NCBI GenBank assembly: GCA_026770705.1
Contig: JANJGN010001184.1
Span: 62,001-126,000 of the forward strand
Direction of reading: 5' to 3'
Origin: Isurus oxyrinchus
Lineage: Eukaryota
Length of the DNA stretch: 64,000 bases
Below the pieces are notes generated by a model. It made no database searches. It saw only the letters and a program-made list of their open reading frames with translations, and was not told the origin of the DNA. Shown one piece after another: positions 52,890 to 64,000 of this stretch. The first letter of the stretch is position 1, and each line of letters begins with the position of its first letter. The position numbers and the translations under genes are program-made.

Positions 52890-53875
52890 ACTGACAGTGC
52901 AGCGTTTCCTCAGTGCTGACCCTCCGTCAGTGCAGCGCTCCCTCATTACTGTCCCTCTGACAGTGCTACACAACCTCATTATTGACCCTTTTCAAGTGCA
53001 GCACCCCGTCAGCACTAACCTTCTGACAGTGCAGCATTCCCTCATGGCTGACAATCTGACAGTGCAGCACTCCCTCAGTACTCACCCACCCACAGTACAG
53101 CACTCCCTCAGTACTGATTCTCTGACACAGTATCCCTCCCTCACTACTGACCTTCCGACAGTTCAGCACTCCCGCGGTACAGACTCTCTGACAGTGCAGC
53201 ACTCCCTCAGTACTCAACCTCCCACAGTGCAGCACTCTATCAGTACTCCCACTGTGCTGCGCAAGTTGTTTCAATCAAGATTGGTGCCCAAAGAGTGAGG
53301 TTTCATTGCTACATCATTGAAATCAGTGAAAATTATTTTTAGGCTTACGGGAACAAGACTTAGTTCCTCAAGTCCTTTCTTTTGCAATAACACACAGTAC
53401 AAGAATCTCTGTTTAAATAAATTCCAGTTAAACTTTGCCATGAAAGGATATCTGCTCTTACTCCGCTCTACCTCAGTATTAACCATCCCACAGTCCGGCA
53501 CCCCCTCAATACTGAGCCTCCGACTGTGTGGAACTCACTCAGTACAGACACGCTGACTGTTCAGCACTCCCACATTACTGACCATCTGATAGTGCAGCAC
53601 TCCCTCATTACTGACCCTCTGACAGTGCAGCACTCCCACATTACTGACCCTCTGACAGTGCAGCACTCCCTCACTACTGTCCCTCCTACATTGCAGCACT
53701 CCCTCATTACTGAACCTCTGAAAATGCAGCACTCCCACATTGCTCACCCTCTGATATTGCAGCATCCCCACATTACTGACCCTCTGCTAGTGCAGCACTC
53801 CCTCAGTACTGACCCTCCCACAGTGCAGCACTCCCACAGTACTGTCCCACTGACAGTGCAGCACTCCCTCCGTAA
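52890..53875 (-). repeat. Degenerate 33-bp satellite arrays
   Basis: Two blocks, 52890-53250 and 53470-53875. Confidence 0.88.
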
Positions 53876-54153
53876 TGATAACAGGGATCGTTGAAATGAA
53901 TCATAAGGCCAGAGACCTGTATTGGGAACTCTTATCGCCTGAGTTTCAGCCTCCGAGGTGAGGGGGAGGAGTCTAATCCCACGGAGCCAATGGAGAAGCT
54001 TCATGACTATAGATGCCCATATATGAGCTGACAGATCTTCAGATGGTAAACGTTTTGCTGAGAGCACAAAACATCCTCGATCTTCTCACTGGTTACCCAC
54101 TTCCTCATTTTGTCTCACAGTGACACATCCACCCTTTCTAATTAAACACACAG

Positions 54154-54238
54154 AGGGAGCAGCACAGGAAGAGGTCATTCAGCCCAAGCAGAGCGTGTGG
54201 GCAGTTCCTCCCCAGGCGAGCAGTCGGACAGGTACTGG
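54154..54238 (+). other. 85-nt block, putative 5'UTR exon of gene D
   Basis: Same AG/GT-bounded block. Confidence 0.5.
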
Positions 54239-54688
54239 GTAAGTAACGGAACGATTGGAAATCACTTCCACCACCAACACCGTCCTTTGTTGATGTTGTG
54301 ACTTTATAAAGACAGATTCCAATGATTGATGCCTTTGAAAGATTTCTACTGATTATTGAGATCAGGGTGTGAGGCTCAAGTCTGTTGTACAGAACATCTT
54401 TCTAGCTCAAGGGATGAGGGAATTGCAGAGACATGAGCTTTGGGACGTCTTGAGGTGGTGAAAGGTGCTATAGAAATGCAAATCCTTCAATGTTTTTCTT
54501 TCTTAAAGCCTTGTAACTCTCTGCAGAGCACCTATCATCCCACAGAGAATTAAATTAGTCTGTCAAGACATTGTCCAAAAGCAGTTCTGATCTCTTGAGA
54601 GCTGTCGGACAAGAGGTGAGGTCTATTTAACTCCTTTCTCTTTCAGAGTTTGAGAGTCAGAAGCTAATGAAATATCTGGGAGTGGACA

Positions 54689-54728
54689 ATGATCGGGAAA
54701 TCTTACTTCCTCCTGTCACTTCTCCAAG
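54689..54728 (+). CDS. Gene D signal-peptide exon
   Basis: MIGKSYFLLSLLQ-G|gtaat. Confidence 0.83.
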
Positions 54729-56109
54729 GTAATAACATCATCAGCTTGGACAGATTTATGGTTAATAGTCTTTGTAAAAGATCATTCTTATTGAGCTGTG
54801 ATTGGGAACTGATTCAGCAGTGAGCCAGTGTACAAACTCACACCAAGTCCCATTCACCCATCACCCCTGTGCTCACTGATATACACTGCCTCCCTGTCTG
54901 ACAGCAGAATTGGAGGAGAGCAGAGATCTCAGACGGTTTTAGGGTTGGAGGAGGTTACACAGATAGAGAGTGTAGAGGGGGGATGGTGTGGTAAGAAATC
55001 GATGATGAGAATTTGAAATTTGAGTCATTGCTGTACTGGGAGTTAGTGTAGGTCAGTGAGTGACAGGGAAGCGATCGGCTGAATAGAGAATCAGGGATAA
55101 AAACTGGGGAATGAGGTCTATCCCGATGCTAGGACACGGATAACAATGCCCTGAAATTTTGTCTCTTTTGCTGATCTAAGTCAGGACTTCCCATGAAGAC
55201 AACACAGCAGCTCCTAGAATAGACAGGCTGTTCAGTGTCACACTTCCTGTCCATTCTCACCATGCTAGATACTTCAATAAGGGAGCAAGATAACTGAATG
55301 AGACAAGGGAGGCAAAGGTGTCTGTGTGTAAAACTGTCAAATATTCTGAGTTATCATGAGTGTCTCTGACCTGCTGCAGAGTTTATATTTCACAGAATCT
55401 GAGCACTTTGCAGCTCAGAGAGAGACCATTGACTCACTGTCTGAAAGGGCGGTGGAAGCAGATTCAACAGGAACTTTCAGAAGGGGAACTGGATAAATAC
55501 TTGAAGGGGACATTTTGCAGGGCTGTGGGGGAGAGAGCAGAGGTTAGAGTGGGACTAATTGGACAGATCTTTCAAAGGCCCAGCGCAGGCTCGATGGACC
55601 AAATGGCTTCCTTCTGTTCCAGATCATTCTACAATCTGACAAATTAAGCCCCACATCAATAACTCTTCAGGCTCCCGCTGCAGGGATGGATCTTTGACAA
55701 GGACAGGGAACAAGAGGTTTCTGGTATCATTTTCATAATTCTTGACAATAACATAAATGTATAGATCTGTTGAATATTTAAGTCTCTAAAGCATAGAGGT
55801 AATCTGCTGTTACGCCCAGGTCTTGTGGTGGGAACCTTATCTGGAGGTGTCTTTAATTGCTCACATTGATCTGTGGGATTGTCATTCTTCGATGTTGCCC
55901 CTTGTTTCAATTGGCATTTTACCCTTGATGCAACTGGGGAGGCTTTAAACTAACATGGCAGGGGATGGGATCCCAAGAAGAGGTTGACCAAAGGGAGATG
56001 CACAGCCAAAATTAGAAGAGAGAGCAAATGAACCTGGAAGGCAGAGAAATTATTGGCAGAAGATAGAATGGCAAAGTTGGATTGCAATTATTTTAATGCA
56101 AGGAGTCTG

Positions 56110-59100
56110 ACAGACCTGCATTCTCCTGCAGGTGTGATGTTCCAGCTCCCTTGAAATTGCCAATATTGTTGAAACTTTCTGCATATTTCAATGTTATATC
56201 ATGAACTGAGGTGATGGAGTAGTTTCTGAGACTGGGACAGACTTAAATCCTTTGGCTTTCGGCTGGTCCGGACAATCCTGGCAGTGGGTGGGGCCAGCAA
56301 ATCCCACCCCTTGGGACATTTTCAGTTTATTTGATGTGCCCAGAGAGATCAATAAAGACCTCAATCCACAATTTATTGGCAAGCCACGTCAGGATATGTG
56401 TGAGAGGTGGAATATCGATCACCGCTCCTCATCTCGCCATGCACATCATCGCCATTTCCTGGTTTGTCAGTCACCACATGTCTATGTTCCTGATGGGATA
56501 GGGGATGGTCATTCTTATTGCTTGAAGGTTCCCCGTTGGGTAGGGTTAGTTTGGATCAGCGCACAGCTCTTTGTAGCGGCATCAGCCTTTGCTCTAGTGC
56601 CCTGCCGCTGTCAATGGCCCTTTCTGCCACAAGCCTTGCAGGATTGGTGGAAAGCTGGGCATTTCCTTGGTGCTTGCAGAAGGCCACACCTTCCACACGT
56701 CTCACTAGGTCTAGATGTTCTAGTGAGTGTGTCAACAACTGATGTTGTACTGAGGACCTGTAAGCTTCGTTGACCTGCGAGGATCACTTCATATTTATGT
56801 CCATCCTTGAGTAGCTCTTCAATGCTGTAGGTTTTGGTCTTATCTAGCAGATCTTTCTGGAAGGCTTCCATGGGAGTGGATGCGATCACCAACTCAACAA
56901 CTCTGTCTGCAGGCTCTGTGTTTGAAATCACAGTGCGTACCCTTTTCTCTACATCGGCTGATGAAGTGGTCTATGGATTGTGTAGGCTGATGAAATGACA
57001 TAAACTCTAGTTGATGAATATGAAGTTTAACCTGATTCTGAACCTGTCTTGCAATGTCGTCCATATCTATTGGGGATCCTTTCGCTCTTCTGCTGTTAAT
57101 CCTGACGTGTTCAGCCTGTGTAGACCTTCATTCCCAATCGCGAGGTGAATTTTTATGGGTGGCTCGTCTGGTTCAGTCACACCTGAATCAGGAAACCAGA
57201 GCTCTGTACGCTGTTTAAACATTCTGAATTCAGATAGTCGGTCAGCTACATCCCAATTCAAACTGGGGAATTTCATGGACATTCTGACAATATTCCTTTG
57301 ACCTTCCTTCTCCTACAGGATCTGGGATGAGTGTTGCTTTAGCCCCTTTCGTGCGCTTTTCCGAAGCTCCGCCCACGGAGACGGGTTGTGGCAGGAACAC
57401 ACCACGGAGTAATGGAGTCTTTGTTTTTTATTCAATTTGCTGTTCAGCAATCTCGAAGCCGCCCGTTATAATCACTAACTTCTCTGGGCTGATTTTTATA
57501 ATGGTTTTTGTGTGTTTGACTCTCCCTCACTCACTATCGATCCAGCCCACACCCTGGTCACTCGCCTTCCCTGACTGAGCTAACCCGCTGCTGGTCCTGG
57601 CGATACACACTGTCTCACTCACTGACCTACAGGCCATGTGCTGTAATCTCACCACGAGGGATCCGTCTGCTCCCCAGCTCTTTACTTGAGCTCTGTCCCG
57701 TCACTGTGTCTTCAAAGGTTTCCTGAGCAGTCAGTACACTGCGATTTCAACCCTCTCTGATGCTGTGTCTCTGTTGTGGTCTGACCAAAGCGTCGAGGGT
57801 CGTCTCATGTCATGTAGCTCGATCTAAGGCTGTTCACCACATCATACTTGTACTGAATCTTGCTGCCAGAATGTTTGGCCACCGCTGATCACCATGTTGT
57901 GTTTTTATAATGATATAAAGGCACCAGCCACTGATACGGAATTGGGTAAATGCATTGTGGGTTCATTTATTTAGAACAGGGACATGAGAACAAGGATAGA
58001 AAGCTGGGAGACACCTGCGGCCAAACTGTGTGAGCTGTGTTCTGCTCACAGGCCAAAGTGAAACTTGGACTGGATGGTGTTATCATCCCAGCTGATGTTA
58101 CTACTGGGCAAGTCAGATCCCAGGGTGGAACTCAGCTTGATAGGTCCTAACTTTTATTTTTTATTTAGGAATGTGGAGTGCGGCTACTGAACAGAGTCAT
58201 AGGAATCATCTGATGACCTTCTAACAAAAGAATAAAACATTTATTAAACTAGGAAAGACTGATTATATTACATTACTCCTTCACCCAGCCCTATACATTT
58301 ACAGATTCATAAGTAGAATACAAGTTACAATAACTATCTTATACTCTCATGTTCACACTAAGTACACAGTTCATGCAAACCAATAGACGACCTGGTGTCA
58401 GGGACACCACATTCTGTAACCAAGTGATAGACCCCAATTGGAACAAATGCTTTGGGTTTCAGCTCAACTGACTCCAGACACTTTTACACCATGAGGCAAC
58501 TGGTCTTACAAAACTGTATCTTTCACATGAGAGTTTCCAATCTCTACTCGTCAAGTGCTCTCTTTGGAATCTTCTCCAACATGACACTTTCACTCAGAGA
58601 CCTTCCACAAGGGTCCACTTCCACGATTTCAAACTCTCCTTCCCATGTTCCTGCCCCCTGGATCGCCACATGCATTCAGCCTTCCTTCTACGCGTTGTCT
58701 TTCCAATGCTCAGTCATGCCAATGGAACACCATGGCTTCACATGGTCATAGTAAGAAGACATCAACATTTAGCTGTCTCCTGTGATCTTCTGGCTTCTAA
58801 TCAGCCTTTTTTGCTTTAGGTCTGTGTCCTTTTGCTTTTTCTCTTTTAGCTTGGATCCCTCCTCTGCTCCTCAATCTTATCTCGACTTAACAGGACCTTT
58901 TTCAGATTCCTGATCTTCTTTGGAGTAGAAGGTCTTCTTGGCTCTTTCTCCTGTTCCACTCGATAGTTTTGGCTTCTTCTTTACTTTGGGACTGACTATC
59001 TGTCCCGCTCCTTTGCTGCTTCTCCTGGCAACTCCTTTCAACCAAACTGAAAGCACATTTCTGTTTTTCTCTGTCTCTATGGGTCCGTCCCTCTGGATCA

Positions 59101-59396
59101 CTGTTGCTTAGCAACAGCACAGTTTCTTACACCTTGTGTTTGTTTTGACTTTCCTTCAAGAGACATCAAACCCCATTAGATTGCTAAACGAAAATGAAAC
59201 CAAAACTGAAGTTTCCCCCATTCTTAACACACAAATACAGAAATCAAACTAAACTTGAACTTAAAGATAGACCTTAAACCCTAACACACACAAATACACA
59301 TAGAACGTACTTAAGCTATCCCCAGTTCTAAAATCACATGACACACTTCCCCTCGAGTGATGTCATGCTGCTGTCCCTGAAAGGCATATTACAACA
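56110..59396 (-). mobile_element. Truncated Gypsy-type LTR retrotransposon (gag) with split 5' LTR
   Basis: Minus-strand FPSLNW..EFRMFKQR..AIGNEGL and tandem knuckles CGRCG..CPA..CKACGRKGH; LTR TGTTG(59396)...ACAACA(57895) followed by TGGTG PBS-like sequence. Confidence 0.75.
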
Positions 59397-59397
59397 G

Positions 59398-60323
59398 TGT
59401 TATCACTTGGCAGGTGATGTGTGCCAGGCAGACCAAGTCCATGAGAGAAAGGTGGTCACACTATCATAATGATTTTGCAATTTGTATTTATTATGAGATG
59501 TGTGCACTGAATTCAGAAGCAATAATTACACCAAGACCTTTAGAGATTTGAAAATTAAATTAAAATTCTTGCTCTCAAAATAAAAGATTTCAAGCACATA
59601 CATAACTCTACAATTACCACTATAATAATTCTTAAAATTCCAAATTAACCTGGACTCCCAGTTACACTCCCTTTAAGGCAACAGACTAAAAATAGATGTT
59701 AGATTTAAAACAACTCAGCAAGTTAACACAATACAATAGCAATACCCTGCACAGAGGAATTCCAAGTGGCTTTTCCCCAACTTCAGTTCTGTTGGATAGC
59801 AGGCTTGTGCACAAATGCTAGAGGTTTCATTAAGACTATATCACACACTCGTGTTAGATCTTACATGGCATTCTGACACATAGCCTTTCATTCTCCCTGA
59901 TAGATATATATTTCTCTCTTTGTAACATGAAAATTCTATTGTTCCAAATGTTTTTGAAACTGTCTCTTCCTCATAACAATTTCTTTCGTGGTGCCCATAT
60001 TGCCAGGAGCCTTTGAGAAAAATAAGCACATTCATTAGTCTTGCTTATCTGGCTAGTTGTAAACAAGCTAAGATTCCTTTGAAATCCAACAACCCCTTCA
60101 TTGAAATAAAAATGCAAATTCTCTTCATACCTTCCATGCTAAGCAGCATCCATGTTTCCTCAATAGCATGTCAAGCACCTAGCTCCTTTTGATCATTTTA
60201 AACTTCCAATCTAATTAACTCCAAATGTACTTAAATCACATGCAGACCCATCATGCGTACCCCCATAAACCTACTTCACAATATACTATAAAATATTATG
60301 AAAATTATTATACTTACATCACA
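59398..60323 (-). mobile_element. LTR-like repeat, same family as 12820-13720
   Basis: Reverse-complement similarity along its length. Confidence 0.55.
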
Positions 60324-60726
60324 ATAGGAACCACTGCCTTAGACACTGAGGATCTAGGACAGCTAGGCCAATTCATGATTCATGATGGTGATAATGGGGG
60401 AATTCTGAAGGCTCTAAATCCATTGTCCTACATTGTAAATCAGCAGTGAACTCACTTCAATCAGTGCGTCTTGTAGACACTGTGTTGGGTGGCAGACTGA
60501 CTTCACTAAATAGGTTCCTGAGGGCCATGAGCCAATGTAGAATGAACTTGTCCACTCCTGTGTCCAGAATTCTCTTCGATCTGTGGTAAAACCTTGGGGC
60601 ATTCATTGTGTGACCTGTGGATTATCCAGACTGCAGCCACTGTGCCCCAGTGATGGAGGGGGTGGATATTGAGTATAGTGGATTGAGAAAACATTCAGAG
60701 TTAAATATTGATATTTCTCTCCGTAG

Positions 60727-61101
60727 TTGGACTATCACAAGTGTGGAAAGTCAACACTCCACGAGAGGTGACAGCGCAGGAAGGTTCGTGTGTACAGATT
60801 CCATGTAATTACAGTTATCCATCATATTTAGTAGCGAGATCACCAGTCGGAATCTGGTATATGAGAAGGAATTGGGAAACATGGAATGAACGGTCTATAG
60901 CCTTTCACTCCAAGGATCATAATCGCGAGTTACCACAGTTCCACCATCGGACCCGGCTGTCTGGAGACCTGAAAGATGGTGACTGTTCCCTGATTATAAA
61001 CAATGTCAGATGGGAAGATGCAGGATATTATTTATTCAGAACAGATTTTGACAGCAGGAATAGATACAACGACCGTCCTGAAACCCAGCTTCATGTTTCT
61101 G
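60727..61101 (+). CDS. Gene D V-set exon, intact
   Basis: 375 nt, open; CVQIPC, GDCSL, YLFRTD. Confidence 0.9.
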
Positions 61102-61319
61102 GTAAGTGCTGTGTTATAATTACTCAACAATTCACATCCAACACTCAATGGGAAATAATAGTGTTTGATTTGCTTGTTTTTTGGCCGTGTTAACCAGCGT
61201 CACTATTTTTAATGATTTGTCTATTTCTGCTCCCAGATCCATGAGCTTATTGTGTGTGATTGAATCCACATCATAGCTGTAACGTAAACCGAGCTGAGGG
61301 GTGATGACACCTCCCCCCT

Positions 61320-62960
61320 GAGTGAAGTGTCTCCTCCCCACTACACCTTCCACCCCTCACACTGTCCGTGTAAACCCCCGTCCCATCTCCAGCCTCTCTT
61401 TCCCCTCCAAAGTCCTTGAACGTGTTTCCATCTCCCGAATCCGTTCCCATCATTCCCGGATCTCCATGTTTGAATCCCTCCAATCAGGTTCCCACCCCAG
61501 CCACTGTGCTGAAACAGCTCTTATCAAGGTCACAAATGGCATCCTGTGTGACTGTGACAAAGGTCAACTTTCCCTCCTCGTCCTTCTCGATCTGTCTGCA
61601 GCCTTTGACATGCTCGACCACACCATCCTCCTCCAACACCTCTCCACTGTCGTCCAGCTGGGTGGGACTGCTCTCCCCTGGCTCCATTCTTATCCATCTC
61701 ATCGTAGTCAGAGAATCACTTGCAATGGCTTTGCAGCATCATCTGAACAGTGTTAGTTTTCACCTGTCCACTGAGGATCCCCAGCTCTACCTCACCACCA
61801 CCTCTCTCGACTCCTCCACTGCTGCTAAATTATCAGGCTGCTTATCCGACGTCCAGTACTGGATGGGCAGAAATTCCCTCCAATTAAATATTGGAAAGAC
61901 TGAAGCCATTGCCTTCATTCCCCGCTCCAAACTCTGTTCCCTCGCTACCAACTCCATTCCTCTCCCTGGCAGCTCTCTGAGATTGAAGCCAATCTGTTCA
62001 CAGCTTTGTTGTCCCATTTGATCCTGAGATGAGCTTCCGGCCTCATATCTGCGCCCTCACTAACACTGTCTATTTCCACCTCCGTAACATCGCACGACAT
62101 CACCCTGTCTCAGCTCATCTGCTGCTGAAACCCTCATCCACGCCTTCATTACCTCCAGACTCGACTGTTCCAACACACGCTCTACACTCCATAAACTTGA
62201 GGCCATCCAAAACTGCTGACCATGTCCTTACTCACACCAAGTCCCATTCCCTTATCACCCGCTCTGCTCGATGACCGAGACTGGCTCTTGGTCAAGCAAA
62301 GTCTCAATGTCACAATTTTCATCTTTGTTTCCTCACTATCTCTGTAATCTCCTCGTCCTCCTCCAGTACCTACAACCATCCCATTCTCTGTAACCTCTTC
62401 AAGCCTCTGCTGCTTCCCTATATCTGTAAATTCATCCTGCACAAAAAACCTACCAAACTCTGCAACCTCCTCCAGCCACTACAAACCTCTCTAGCTCTGC
62501 GAACTCCTCCATACCCTACACTCTCCCAATCTCTCTTAAATTTTCCAGCCTCTACAACCCTCCCTATCTCTGTAACTCCTCCAATCACTACAACCCTCCC
62601 TATCTCTGTAACCTCCTCCAGCCCCTCCAACCCTCTGAGGTCTCTGTGCTCATCCAATTCCAGCCTCTTGACCATCCCCCGATCCCATCACTCCAACATC
62701 GGCGGCCGTGCCTTCAGCTGCCTGGGACCTGAGCTCTGTAACACCCTCCCTCAACCCCTCTCCGTCCCTCTCTCTCACTCTCTCCATCACTCTGTCTCTC
62801 TCTCACTATCCATTTCATCCCCCTTTGAAGATTCTCCATAACACCGACCTCTTCTGGCCAGCTGTCGCTAATATCTCCACATGTGTCTGGGTGACATAGT
62901 TGTTTTATGACGCTCCTGTGTAGCACCTTGGGGTGATTTGTCATGTTCAAGTTGTTGTGT
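61320..62960 (+). mobile_element. L2-like LINE fragment, duplicate of the 44750 copy
   Basis: Near-identical ORFs and same position after the V exon. Confidence 0.88.
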
Positions 62961-63519
62961 AAATATAAGTTGTAGACCTTTGACCCTCGACCCCAGATCG
63001 AGTCTTATTTTAGAGGGAATGTACAACCTCCTTAGATTTCTGACCAAAATGTCATTTGATTATTTTTACTGAGCGAATGCCAAGCCCCGATACCGAGCGA
63101 GAGCCTCCTCATTTGCTGAGTTTAAGGTGATGAGTCAGCCCCTTAGTCCGTAGAGGGGATTCTCCTCGGTAATGTGCAGCCTTGTTTGTGTCTCTCCACA
63201 AGCGCATGAGGGGTTTGTACAGAGGCTGCAGCGCTGGAGGGGGTCTGCACAGGGGTCCTGGCCTGTCCTGAGCCGGTTTTAGCAAGGACCACTCTGGCCT
63301 TGGCAGCTGAAAGCCAGCCATTGGACAGACGGGGCCTGTCACAAGGAGCCTGTTAGTCACTCCCCCCCCGTGTCTCCTGTGCTCGGATCCAGACCATGTT
63401 GGCTGGTGGATCTGGCTCAGGAAGGGTCCTCCCCATGGGACCCCCAGATGGAAGGTGGGTCGAGCGGGTCAGTCACTTGCATGTTTATTCTGCAGCTTTA
63501 ATATTTTAAGAAGGTAAGA

Positions 63520-64000
63520 ATGTAGGAACATAAGAAATAGGGACAGGAGCAGGCCATTCAGCCCCTCGAGCCTGCTCTTGCTGATCTGGTTGTGGCCTTA
63601 ACTCCATTTTCCTGCCTGTCCCCCAAACCCTTGACCCCCTTGTCGATCAAAAACCTGCCTCACTCAGCCTTGAGTCTATTCAATGGCCCAGCCTCCACTG
63701 CTCTCTGGGGAAGAGAATTCCACAGGCTAGCGCCCCTCTGAGAGAGGAAATTCCTCCTCATCTCAGTCCTAAATGGGGGAGCCCTCATTCCGAAACTGTG
63801 CTCCCTGGTTCTAGATTCCCCCACGACGGGGAAACATCCTCCCAGCATCCACCCTGTCAAGCCCCCTCGGAATCGTATATGTTTCAATAAGGTCACCCTT
63901 CATTCTTCTAAACTCCAATGGATACAGGCCCAACCTGCTCAACATTTCCTCACAGGACAAACCCTTTAATCCCAGGAATCAGCCCAGTGAAGCTTCTCTG
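63520..64000 (-). mobile_element. CR1 3' fragment, duplicate of the 46970 copy
   Basis: Near-identical sequence. Confidence 0.87.

Noticed and set aside
355-61101. Assigning gene symbols such as CD22, MAG or SIGLEC1
   Set aside because: Family features are clear but orthology needs phylogeny and synteny

Overview
Eukaryotic genomic DNA. The repeat content (CR1/L2 LINEs, Deu-domain tRNA-SINE relics, 33-bp SINE-derived satellite) points to a cartilaginous fish, which is an inference. The window is a + strand tandem cluster of Siglec-like (CD33/CD22/MAG-type) Ig receptor genes, reconstructed by hand from GT-AG sites and exon phases. Gene A (5' end outside the window, ends 12534) has at least 7 near-identical C2-set exons, a TM exon and a tail with ITIM-like LLYANI plus ITSM TEYTQI. 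Gene B (24037-38287) is leader-V-C2-C2(frameshifted)-C2-TM(Lys/Gly-rich) with a tail carrying three YxN motifs. Gene C (41333-51544) has two leader cassettes, an intact V, a second V with a stop, broken C2 exons and an intact Arg-containing TM with a short tail. Gene D (54689 onward) is leader-V and continues past the window as a segmental duplicate of gene C. All four V domains keep the Siglec essential Arg and Cys pattern but vary sharply in three loops, while the C2 exons are homogenised, which fits a paired inhibitory/activating Siglec family. One 85-nt exon appears to serve as the first cytoplasmic coding exon of gene B and as the 5'UTR exon ahead of every leader. Most long ORFs in the supplied track are satellite artefacts. 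Repeat boundaries are approximate.
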